This document shows positions 1 to 27,081 of a DNA stretch of 64,000 nucleotides, one piece after another. A program made the position numbers and the translations under genes. How positions within the stretch are numbered: position 1 is the stretch's first letter; each line of letters begins with the position of its first letter. The notes below the pieces were generated by a model, which worked only from the letters and a program-made list of their open reading frames with translations, had not been told where the DNA came from and made no database searches. The stretch is from Macrostomum lignano (Eukaryota). The stretch covers positions 865,393 through 929,392 of the forward strand of contig NIVC01000103.1 of the NCBI GenBank assembly GCA_002269645.1, read 5' to 3'.

Positions 1-222
1 TCAAAGCCATGAACCCAAACCAATGACCCCAAGGCCATGAACCCAAACCAATGACCCCAAGGCCATGAACCCAAACCAATGACCCCAAGGCCATGAACCC
101 AAACCAATGACCCCAAGGCCATGAACCCAAACCAATGACCCCAAGGCCATGAACCCAAACCAATGACCCCAAGGCCATGACCCCAAATCAATGACCCCAA
201 GGCCATGAACCCAAACCAATGA
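1..222. repeat. 29-bp minisatellite
   Basis: CCAAGGCCATGAACCCAAACCAATGACCC units. Confidence 0.95.
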
Positions 223-272
223 CCTTAAGACTACAAAATCGCAAGCCCCAACATGAACTGCCGAGTACTAAC

Positions 273-4051
<3,779 letters not shown>

Positions 4052-7000
4052 GGCTGTTTGGTTAATTTCAAGACAATTCTCAAAAAAGAGACAGCGAGTA
4101 TAAAAAGTGATGGTTTGACACCTCGTGTGTCTTCAAATAACGAAACCACTAGCTTGCAAGTGTTATCTTAGTTTATTTTATTGTAAAAGAAACTAGCGTT
4201 TTTTACTAGAGTCGCCAAAGTAAACTGACGCAAGGCATTCAAAATTTGTACCTTAGTGCGTCCATACGGTTCTTAGACACCCCTCCTATCTCTGCATCTG
4301 TTCAATCGATTTTTATAAAAATTTACAAAACATGGGCCTCTATTTAATGAATTCAGTGCTTAAGTTTCAGCCTAATCAGGTTGACAGAGCAAAAGCAATC
4401 GATCATTTACTGAGGAACCTATGAAATTAGCAATACGATTTTTCAAAAGCATCAACCTGGACATTGTAATTATACTTTTACACAGACGCAATGAAAAAAT
4501 ATTTTGGCCATTATTCCACAGTTTTGATGTGTACCATAGACATTTGGATTGAAAAAATCCATCGCTCAGTATTTTTGTTAATAAATACAGAACAACAAGA
4601 AGTAAATGAACAAAAAGGAAAATCATTAAAACTAAAGTACCAGCTACACGAAAAGAGTTAATAATAAATGTCACAGCTAGTGCAGTTTATCAGTTTGTAG
4701 TCGAAATTTGACAATGTAAAAATCAATTTGTCACCCAAAGTGAAACATGCAGTTCTCAAAGCCGCAGTTTCCAAAGATGCTCGACACTTTAGCCTGATGA
4801 TTTGGCACTGCAAAAGGAGTTGGTCTATGTTGAATGTTTTCTATGAAAGAGAAATACAGGTGCTCAAGTATAGTTGCCGAACTTACCATTTGAAAGATGC
4901 ACGACTTGGTTAAGTTGGCATGCGACTGATGAGCTTCGTCTGATGAGCTTCTTTGGTACCGCAGTATCCAAGCTGGGATTCTTTGGGACTGTCGGCTGCT
5001 CGACTGAATCGATTCACCGCTTTCAGGCATCGTTTATAGCCGTCGAGGCGTTGAAGACTGCATGGTCGCGTTTTCTTCCTAGGTAGCGCCGCACGGTTCG
5101 TTCAGTCGTCGACAGGAAGATTTTTTCAATTAATAAGCACGGCTGTTTGACGAGATGCACCAGCCATGGTTGTTTGACAAGACAAATAGCTTTTTCTCCC
5201 ACTACTCGCTTTCCTGATTTCTTGCAAGACGCAAGCAAAATCAGCACTCATCACAGTGTTGTCCATGGTCAAACTAAGCCACACAACTCAGTCGTCTATG
5301 GGTAAAACAACTCTTAAAACAGCCAATTGAAGCATGATAAAAAGTGTGGAATAATGACAGCGACAAAAGTGTGGAATAATGGCCGCAAAAGTGTGGAATA
5401 ATGACTGAGCGCTGAGTGAAAGTATAAATACAATGCACTTGTGTAGTATGCAACTTCGTCGAATAATGGCCATAGACACTCGTGCGCTACGCGCACTCGA
5501 GTTTTGGCCATTATTCAACTCAGTTGCATACTATACAATCTACCATTGCAGCACATTTTTATAAAAACTATCACTGCTTTTGCTGAGCATTGATTAATAC
5601 CTTATTTGATTTAATACTAATGCAAGCTGTGAAGGTTTAGCCATAGATTAAAGAGCAAAAAAGAACAAAGCAGCAAGCAGCATAGCCAGATTCAGATGCT
5701 GAGACGCGGAACCAGCCTCAGATGGTTTAAGAGCTGAAGAATCGCCGATACAAAGTCTGCTTGCAACAAAGGAACTTCTTGAACTTTAGGTAGATAAAAT
5801 AGTTGCAGTTTCAATAGGATCAAAATTTTGTCGCTACCGGTATAGGGGTTTTTGATGGTGCTGATTTCAAATTTGAGCTTCATTTTTTTGTAGCTTAAAG
5901 CCAACCACCGGGATATGGGGAATGGGGGGTTTTAGGGTGGGGAGAATCTTCATGGGGATTGATTTTATGTACCTAAACTTCAATAGAGGTATAGGGGTCT
6001 ATTGAAGATTAGGTAGATAAATTCGGAGACTAAAGGGGGTCTCGGGGGGGGGGGGGCTGACAACTGTCAAGAACTGCGGCATGGGGATGTGGGATTTTAG
6101 GGTGGGGAGAACCTTCATAGGGATTGATTTTACAAACCTAAACTTCAATAGAGGCATGGAGGTCTATTGAAGATTAGGTAGATAATTTCGGAGACTGATG
6201 CGGCGGGGGGGATCCAAGGGGGGAAAATTTAAATGAAGCTTAAATTAAAAATTCAACAATTTATCAAAAACACAACCATGGAGAAGAAATTATTATCCTA
6301 TCAAAACTAATTGAAATCAGCAGCTGTAGTTACCTTCGGAATGGAGACAACGTATAGGTAAACAAGTAAAGAATGCACGGCTAGTAGTAATCAACAATGA
6401 GAGAACAACAGCGAATCAAAAAGCGGGTGGCAAACCGTGAGTCAGCATTTTTTTAAAATTCTCCAAAACTGCTTGGATCAAATTAACACTAGTTACATAG
6501 CAGATTAACAAATCGACCTCCTGTTACCTCTGAGGGTAATTTTTTGCAGTTTTTTTGCTTTATTATCATTTTGGACAGCCTGTAAGACTCTGGCGAAAGT
6601 TTCAGAAAAATCGGAAAATTGGAAGTATAGTTCAAGAAGGCCCAGCTGATCAGAGCGACAACCTAGGGATATGTGGTCGGCGTGGATTGAGTATGAGGAC
6701 TGAGGAGTTGCCGATGCGATACGACAAGCGAATTCGATCTTCGGAATGAAGATTCTTCTCAACATTTTCACGATTGGTGATCTGTTTTTTTGAAGCTCTG
6801 GAACTCGTCACTTTGAAGTGTTTGCTCGTTAACTGTCAAATTTTGTTGATTTTAAAATCGTATTGCTAATTTCGTAGGTTCCTCAGTAAATATATCGATT
6901 GCTTTCGCCCTGTCAACCCGATTAAGCTGAAACTTAATGCTAAGAACTTTTTGGACGCATCAAGGTAACAGAATTGATACAATAGATTCATAAAACCAAC

Positions 7001-7374
7001 GAGTCGAGCTGTGCCATGCATTTTTACAATTTTGAAATCGCATCAAACTTACGATTGATAAAAAAAATTAATTAATATAGAATCCTAATTTTATGAACGA
7101 ACTCTTTTACAATTCTGCAGCTCACGTGATGCGCTTGGGACTCAACAGTCACCTCAAGTTTTACCGATATTAAGGGTCGTTTGAGTCGTTAAAAAGTCAC
7201 TAGTGAGTATTGGGAGACTATTTTGTCACGGTAACGCTTTTAACGGGTATTTAGTCAAGATTCATGATAGCGACCAGCGCGATTAGATAAAAAAGTATTG
7301 AATACTAGTAATGACAATCTGAATAAAAAAGCCTTTCTGAATAATAAACAGCGTTTTCTTAAAGCATCTTTGAT

Positions 7375-18371
<10,997 letters not shown>

Positions 18372-20545
18372 GGCTGTTTGGTTAATTTCAAGACAATTCT
18401 CAAAAAAGAAACAGCGACTATAAAAAGTGATGGTTTGACAGCTCGTATGTCTTCAAATGACGAGACCACTTGCAAGCGTTATCTTAGTTGATTTTATTGT
18501 AAAAGAAACTAGCGTTTTTTTTACTAGAGTCTACCAAAGTAAACTGACGCAACGCATTCAAAATTTGTACCTTAGTGCGTCCAAAAGGTTCTTAGACACC
18601 CCTCCTATCTCTGCATCTGTTTAATCGATTTTTATAAACATTTACACAAACATGGGCCTATATTTAATGAATTCAGTGCTTAAGTTTCAGCTTAATCGGG
18701 TTGACAGAGCAAAAGCAATCTATCATTACTGTGAAGGTTTAGCCATAGATTAAAGAGCAAAAAAGAACAAAGCAGCAAGCAGCATAGCCAGATTCAGATG
18801 CTGAGACGCGGAACCAGCCTCAGATACAAAGTCTGCTTGCAACAAAGGGCGGCAATTTCATATCTGGAAGACGAGTTAAAGAGCAGATTCAGCACACAGG
18901 ATGAGTGCAAGAGGCCAGCGGTTGGCCTTCTTGAACTTTAGATAGATAAAATAGTTGCAGTTTCAACAGGATCATAATTTTGTCGCTATAGGGGTTTTTG
19001 ATGGTGCTGATTTCAAATTTGAGCTTCATTTTTTGTAGCTTAAAGCCAACCACCGGGATATGGGAAATGGGGGTTTTTAGGGTGGGGAGAATCTTCATGG
19101 GGATTGATTTTATGTACCTAAACTTCAATAGAGGTATAGGGGTCTATTGAAGATTAGGTAGATAAATTCAGAGACTGAGAGGGGTGGGGGGGCAAGTCTC
19201 AAAGGGGGGGGGGCTAACAACTACACAACTACCAATAACTGAGGCATGGGGAATGGGGGTGTTAGGGCGGGGAGAACCTTCATGGGGATTGATTTTACAT
19301 ACCTAAACTTCAATAGAGGCATGGAGGTCTATTGAAGATTAGGTAGATAATTTCGGAGACTGAGGCGGGGGGGTCCAAGGGGGGAAAATTGAAATGAAGA
19401 GCTTAAATTAAAAATTCAACAATTTATCAAAAACACAAATATGGAGAAGAAATGATAATCCTATCAAAACTAATTGAAATTAGCAGCTGTAGTTACCTTC
19501 GGAATAAAGACAATGCAGATTAGTAGAAATTAGCATAGGTAAACAAGTAAAGAATGCACGGCTAGTGGTAATCAACAATGAGAGAACAACAGCGAATCAA
19601 AAAGCGGGTGGCAAACCGTGAGTCAGCATTTTTTTAAAATTCTCCAAAACTGCTTGGATCAAATTAACACTAGTTACATAGCAGATTAACAAATCAACCT
19701 CCTGTTACCTCTGAGGGTAATTTTTTGCAGTTTTTTTGCTTTATTATCATTTTGGACAGCCTGTAAGACTCTGGCGAAAGTTTCAGAAAAATCGGAAAAT
19801 TGGAAGTATAGTTCAAGAAGGCCCAGCTGATCAGAGTGACAACCTAGGGATATGTGGTCGGCGTGGATTGAGGATGAGGAGTTGCCGATGCGATATGACA
19901 AGTGCATTCGACGGAATGAAGATTCTTCTGAAGATTTTCACGATTGGTGATCTGTTTTTTTGAAGCTCTGGAACTCGTCACTTTGAAGTGTTTGCTCGTT
20001 AACTGTCAAATTTTGTTGATTTTAAAATCGTATTGCTAATTTCGTAGGTTCCTCAGTAAATATATCGATTGCTTTCGCTCTGTCAACCCGATTAAGCTGA
20101 AACTTAATGCTAATAACTTTTTGGACGCACAAAGGTAACAGAATTGATACAATAGATTCATAAAACCAACGAGTCGAGCTGTGCCATGCAGTTTTACAAT
20201 TTTGAAATCGCATGAAACTTATGATTGATAAAAAATTAATTAATATAGAATCCTAATTTTATGAACGAACTCTTTTACAATTCTGCAGCTCACGTGATGC
20301 GCTTGGGACTCAACAGTCACCTCAAGTTTTACCGATATTAAGGGTCGTTTGAGTCGTTAAAAAGTCACTAGTGAGTATTGGGAGACTATTTTGTCACGGT
20401 AACGCTTTTAACGGGTATTTAGTCAAGATTCATGATAGCGACCAGCGCGATTAGATAAAAAAAACTTATTGAATACTAGTAATGACAATCTGAATAAAAA
20501 AGCCTTTCTGAATAATAAACAGCGTTTTCTTAAAGCATCTTTGAT

Positions 20546-23052
20546 CTATTGATTAGCGAAACTTGTTAGCAGATCGCTAAGATCGACATCTCCGGGCTTC
20601 TGAGGCTCCGGACGTTTTCGCTTTGTTGGCGGATCTGAAATATAGATATCAAACATGAATATAAGATGACAGATGAACAAAATCTTATCGCTTCAGAATA
20701 AGCTTCAGCCTCACTCTGGTCAGAATTATCTGCAAGATAGTTGAACGAGAACATTGCGTGTGCAGCAGTCGGGCTGTTCAACAGGATGATTTCGCTGTCG
20801 CAGGTGATATCGTTGTGCGTCTCGGAGATGATTAGCTTGGCAGCGATTCTCTCGCTGGCCCCGACAAACCAGTGTGCAACGTCCGGCTTTGTGACAATCA
20901 GCAGGTGCTGCGGGAACCGGTGCATGAGGTCTGTGCTAAGAACTAAAATCTAACAAATTAAGCTTTTACAGGTGTGCCCGTGTGTTAAGTTAAGAACTAC
21001 AATCTCAAGCAGATGCAAAACTTTAAGGTCCTTTAAGGAGTTCCTTTAAGGTTTTTAGACGCTGTAGCTTAAGTGGCTAGAGCGTTGGACTCACGACGGA
21101 AAGGTTAGGGGTTCGATTCCCAATCCCACAAGAACAAACTGTGCAAACTGAGCAAGAAACTTAACTCTGCATTGCTTCAGTTCACCCAGCTATAAAATGG
21201 GTGCCAGCATTAGCTGGGGTAATTGAGGGTGTGTGTGGCGACCCCCCCCTCCCAAGCCCTTGGACTGAACAGCCGTACGCAGCCTTCAGATGCGCCGCAC
21301 AATAGCTGCGGCTGAGCTGTCGGTTGCACATCTGGGGCCCAACTAGGGCAGGTGTAATCAATTATTTACCTCTGCTTACCTTTTTAACCTGTTTAATTGA
21401 GCAATCAAAAGTAACTTCAGCTGCATCAATTTTTGCCGAATAAGAGGCCAAGTCCAGGCCTACAATGAACAGTACATTTATTCAAAAATAATCTATCAAA
21501 ATATCAAGGATAAAATTTCACACGAAGACAAAACTCACGTTGCAGCTCTTTATCGAAGTAGATCCAGAAGTCAGCCAGACCCGCCACCGGGGCTTCGACG
21601 GGATGAACTCCAAATGCGTTCAGCTGTGCTTCTTTGCCTGAAAATAGAAAACAATTACGGCAGTTATTAGACTGATAATGTGAATAGAAATTTACCTTAA
21701 ACCACAGCTGCCAGTGTGGCAGCCAACTGTACAGTGATCCCACACCCCCTTCAGTGTTCCCACACCCCCTCAGTGATCCCAAACCCCTTCAGTGATCCCA
21801 CACCCCTTCAGTGATCCCACACCCCTTTAGTGATCCCACACCCCTTCAGTGATCCCACACCCCTTCAGTGATCCCACACCCCTTCAGTGATCCCACACCC
21901 CCTTCAGCGTTCCCACACCCCTTCAGTGATCCCACACCCCCTTCAGTGTTCCCACACCCCTTCAGTGTTCCCACACCCCTTCAGTGATCCCACACCCCTT
22001 CAGTGTTCCCACACCCCTTCAGTGATCCCACACCCCCTTCAGTGTTCCCACACCCCTTCAGTGATCCCACACAACCCCTTTAGTGATCCCACACAACCCC
22101 TTCAGTGATCCCACACGACCCCTTCAGTGATCCCACACAACCCCTTCAGTGATCCCACACGACCCCTTCAGTGATCCCACACGACCCCTTCAGTAATCCC
22201 ACACGACCCCTTCAGTGACCCCACACAACCCCTTTAGTGATCCCACACAACCCATTCAGTGATCCCACACAACCCCTTCAGTGATCCCACACAACCCCTT
22301 CTATGATCCCACACAACCCCTTCAGTGATCCCACACAACCACTTCAGTGATCCACACAACTCCTTTACTGATCCCATACCCCTTTTAGCAATCCTATAGA
22401 TTTCTTTTAATTATTCCACATCCATTAAGTGATACCAAATCTTTTTAAGTGATCCTAGATCCCCACAAGTGATCCGACAAAACTTTCACTGGTTTCTAAC
22501 GAAAAGTAATTTATTGTACTTTTATTTAATAACAAATCATCAAATAATAACGCTTCAACATTGCTGAGGCTAAATGTGGTCAAAAAACACACCAACTTAG
22601 TAACAAGTTCAATTTAGCTGAGTACTAACCGCCACCAGCTCTGCTTTACTTGATTATTTTCGTATCTTATGCAGGTACACAGGTATATTATATAAGAAGT
22701 GTCGCTCACTCTTTGCCGCAATCTCCTCAGTGGCTACCATAGCCCCCGTAGCAATCATGGTATTATTCGAATCGATATAGAACGCTTGAAAAGCCAACCG
22801 AATCGGTTTCTGGTACTTCTTCTGCTTGGCATAGTCGACTTGCGACGGGTCCACTGAAAGTTGTTTTTAGAAACAATTTTGCATTCATAACTCTGACGCG
22901 ATTCAATAGCGAACTTTGATGTCAGTTTGGAGTGTACGAATGAGTTTGACATTTTTTACTTCTAGAAGCTAAGAAAAAGCTCATGCAGTGGTTTCCTGAC
23001 GACCAAGAGTCGAACTTGGGCCTTCGAAGTTACAGATTCTGAGAAACTGACT

Positions 23053-23110
<58 letters not shown>

Positions 23111-24445
23111 TCTCTCTCTCTATCTCTCTATCTCTTCTATCTCTTTAAACTCGACTTTTTGAAAGCAGATCAAATGCTACTCAAACACAAAAACTGGCCC
23201 AGGGAGTTGACAACCATGAAGTACTCAGGAGTCCGCAGAGTTGTCCCACGGCTATAGTTTTGGAATTTAGGACGATGTTGCCAAAGACGTTCTCTTTTGT
23301 GTGTTCTACCGCTAAAGCATTGTAACCAACAAGTCTTCCGTTCGTGTCTTGTTCGTGTCTTGGCATTTTTTTTACATTTTCTTTCCAAGTAAAAAATACC
23401 GAAACCGTGCAACTGACTCACTTTGAAACGGATTAAAATTTCGATTAATTCGTCGCTGAAGTGCATTGGACAAGTTGCCACTTTTAACGCAGACAAGAGA
23501 CACTTTGTCCAACCTACAATACGCAATGTAGGTGACGATCATTAGACCATAATTCATTTAAACTACCCGATGAAAATGGTATCCAGGCCAAGAAGCGCCC
23601 CAGAGTTACTTGCGTCGTCTCAAGGGTTGCTTTAGAGTCGTTGTAGGTAGCAGATAAAATAGAAAAGAAGTGACTCAGAGGACGACTCAAAAACAACGAG
23701 ATGTTACGGTACATGTCGACAAAAAAGTCGTCAAAGAGTCGCCTAAGAGCCAATTTGAGACGTTTTATAGTCTGCGACTCTGAGACGAATTTGGGGTGCT
23801 TCTATAATGATTATAGAGCTGTATAGAGTCGTATCTGAGGCGTGCAAGAGCCGCAAGTAGAACTTTCCCATTTACTCATATAACAACTCGATCGAGTTAG
23901 TACAAAGTTAATCGCCAACACAACGACTCTTAGACAACATTTTCACGACTCTTACAAGTGTACAAGCTCGTGACTCAACAATCACCTCTGTCCAATTACA
24001 GTCATTTGAGTCACTGGTGAGTTGTTTGCAAATGACTCTTTCGCGTTTCTTGTCCCGGTAACGCTTTCATCAGCAGGCTAACAGCTAATTATAACAAAAC
24101 TCATTCACAGACAGCTTACGCAATCGTTACTTCAGTTCTGCCATCAAGCGAGCTTAATTCCTTAGTAAATTGATACAATCCATTGGTGCAATTGTCGCCC
24201 AGCATGAAGTAGGGATGCGGATACAAATCTGAACTGACGGTGCCACCAATCACACGGACGGATCTGTAAGCGAGTACATCAAGACCGGACAAGCGCAACC
24301 GAACCGGGCTTTTGCCATCCGCGCACCTGCTGTACAAGTAGCCGCCCTGAGTCCCTTTAGCTGCCTCTGACTCGTAGCGAAATCGGTGATATTTTGTCGG
24401 TTGGTCGATCACTTCGAGTTTTGGACAGCTCGACAACTCCTGCAT
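20546..24445 (-). CDS. Rel-homology-region transcription factor paralog RHR3 (~340 aa)
   Basis: Exons 24445-24120 (KLEVIDQPTKYHRFRYESE), 23513-23422 (LDKVSLVCVK...NFNPFQ), 22853-22710 (KPIRLAFQAF), 21637-21539 (HP...DFWIYFD), 21459-21380, 20907-20715 (HLLIVTKP), 20634-20546 (PPTKRKR NLS, TAG). 1023 nt open frame, canonical splice sites. Confidence 0.85.
21058..21332 (+). mobile_element. tRNA-derived CORE-like SINE (same intron position as the 7952 copy)
   Basis: B box GGTTCGATTCC, GAGCAAGAAACTTAACTCTGCATTGCTTCAG...AAAATGGG, and shared 3' AATAGCTGCGGCTGAGCTG. Confidence 0.68.
21732..22365. repeat. ~20-bp minisatellite (shorter paralog at 8605-8840)
   Basis: CAGTGATCCCACACCCCTT units. Confidence 0.93.
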
Positions 24446-24619
24446 TTTCTAGCTGTTGCTATGGCGGTTGCCAAAAGAGTGGCTGGTCTGAAATCTTTAG
24501 CAGGTTTCAAATAAAGGAATTTATTTAAAACTTGAACATTTTTACTTGAGGGGCATTCAGTCTAGATTTCGAGTGATATCAGTTTGCAGGAACCACATTC
24601 GAGGGAATATTATATAATA

Positions 24620-24915
24620 TTTAAGGGAATTCAGCTTTGGGGGGATTCAGCTTTGGAATAATTCAGATGAGGGGAATTCAGATCAGGGGGCATTCAATTT
24701 AGGGGAATTTAGCTTTGGGAGAATTCAGCTTAGGGAAATTCAGTTCAACAATTCTGTCAATTCAACTTAGGGAAATTCAGTTCGGGAATTCTGGGAAATA
24801 AGCTTTGGGAAATTCAGTATGGGGATATTCAGCTTTGGGGGAATTTAGCTTTAGGGGAAATTAGCTTTGGAGGAATTCAGCTTCGGGGGAATTCAGATTA
24901 GGGAAATTAAGACAT
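24620..24915. repeat. Degenerate ~15-bp GGGGAATTCAGCTTT array upstream of RHR3
   Basis: Repeated GGGAATT/GGGAAATT cores. Confidence 0.75.
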
Positions 24916-26013
24916 TTCAGAGGATTCGATACGGGGAATGGAGTTCGGGGGCGAGGACTCAGTTTGGAGTTTGAGGACATTTCAATTTTAGAATTTGCCT
25001 ATAATTGACGAAATTTTAAACCAAAGGAATGAAACTCTTACACTTGAGCAGCAATTACATGAGAAAAAATTCTGTACACTGTATTTGAAAAGACAAAAAG
25101 GCAGACAAAAACTTTAATAAACATTGATTTTATTGTATGTTAATCAAATCAATTCACAATATAAACTAACAAACTACTATTAAAAGGACAGTAATGTCGC
25201 GCTCACCAGAAGCGGCTTTTGCCGCAATGTTAGTATAAAAATATTTGGGCATTTTAATACTAAAACAAATATCGTTATACTCAATATTTAGCTTTTAAAT
25301 GTAGAATAAAAAGCACTGGAATCTGAATAGAGCTAATGACGAAATTAGTAATTAAGAAGCAAACGACTATTTGTTATAAATAGAACAATAAAAAAAGCAG
25401 GCAATGACAACTGCTTTGGCAAAAAGTTGTGTACTCAAAGCACTTGGTTAATGCGGTATTTCATGCGGATCTGGGAGGCTGGCCCAGCAACTGAGGATCT
25501 GGGAGGCTGGCCCAACTGACACTCTTGGAGACTGGCCCAGCAACTGACACTCTGGGAGGCTGGCCCAGCAACTGACACTCTGGGAGACTGGCCCAGCAAC
25601 TGATACTCTAGGAGACTGACCCAGCAACTTACACTCTGGGAGACTGGTCCCGGCAACTGAGGATCTGGGAGGCTGGCCCAGCAACTGGGGACTTGGGAGG
25701 CTGGCTCAGAAACTAAGGATCCGGGGGGCAGTAACTCAGCAACTGAGGATACGGGAGGGCAGTAGCTCAGCAACTGAGGATCCGGGAGGGCAGTAGCTCA
25801 CCAACTGAGGATCCGGGAGGGCAGTAGCTCAGCAACTGAAGAGTTGGGACGGTGTATACCCATTTGCAAGCGGCAGAAGACGATATAAATATGAAATATG
25901 TCAGCATACAAGCCAAAAAAGTAATTAACTTCACACAATGGGGTATACAGAAATCCTCAAGGCTGCCACTTTCATCAAGAATAACTAAATTATGAAATGA
26001 CAGCATCTCGCGC

Positions 26014-27047
26014 CTAGTTGGAGCCTCCAGATGCGCCGGGCAGTTGCTGATGTGCAGCCAAATTGAAGGCATCCAGTGCCGGATAGGCGCTCGCTTGAGC
26101 AACCGGTGGCTGCGATTGTGGCTGCGACGGCTGCTGCAACTGCGCGACGACGTGAGAAGTCTGTGGATCAACTCTGTCGGACTCTCTGAGCCGTTTCGCT
26201 TCTGGCTGATGGTTGGTATCGTCTAAAATTATAAATAACAAAAAATAGAATCTGTTAAAAATATAGTTAGATAAAGTCCGATGGTTCGTCACCCCGGTGC
26301 GTCGCGCCAGAGTCGTTGCAGATAACACAGGTAAAACAGGAAAAAACTGACTCATAAAACGACGACATTTAAAGGTAGAAGTCAAAGAGTCAATTTGAGA
26401 TATTTTTATCTACGAGACTGAAATAACTTTGGGGCCGTAGAATCGTATCCGAAATTTAAGCAGACGATTGATTTTAAATTTAAATCTTAAGTGTAGATTA
26501 AATTTAAGAGCCGTTAATTGTTAAATAATGTGCTCAGGACTCAGAACATTACCCTACCTGCCCCATTGGAAAAGTTATGCACCTGCAGAGGCACTCAGGT
26601 GAACAAAAGGTGCACAAGTGGCACAAAATAGACATAAGAGACGCGAAAGTGAGGCAGAAGATGCAAAACGGCGGCTTACACAAAAAGCCAAGCAAATCGT
26701 CATCAAGCACTTCATCTGCGTAGACGCCCAGCTTCACCGGTCGTGGATTTTCAACTATAAAACTGCGACTGTCTTTAATATTATTCTTCTTATCAGCGAT
26801 GACAACTTGACATTTCAGTCGCTCGTTGGCGCTTTGCCACAGTTCAGTGAGGTCCGGCTTCTCAGCTACAATTAGGTGCTGAAAAATACAGATCAAGAAT
26901 GATAAATTTGTTGAGTATTGATGAAGCTGACAAAGAATTAAATTATTCTCAGCTCGTAGAAATTATTCAGCTTCACGATACTTCCCCAATAGGTACTTCC
27001 CAAACACCAAAGCTCCAAACCTTCAAGCTTCGAACTCCCAAATTTCC

Positions 27048-27081
<34 letters not shown>

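Noticed and set aside
4728-6771. Short ORFs between RHR1 and RHR2
   Set aside because: No recognisable domain, and not conserved as ORFs in the duplicate copy.
26558-26582. 25-nt AG/GT-bounded micro-exon and Cys-rich read-through in RHR4 intron 6
   Set aside because: Inclusion gives an immediate stop with the phase-1 donor, and there is no counterpart in the paralogs.
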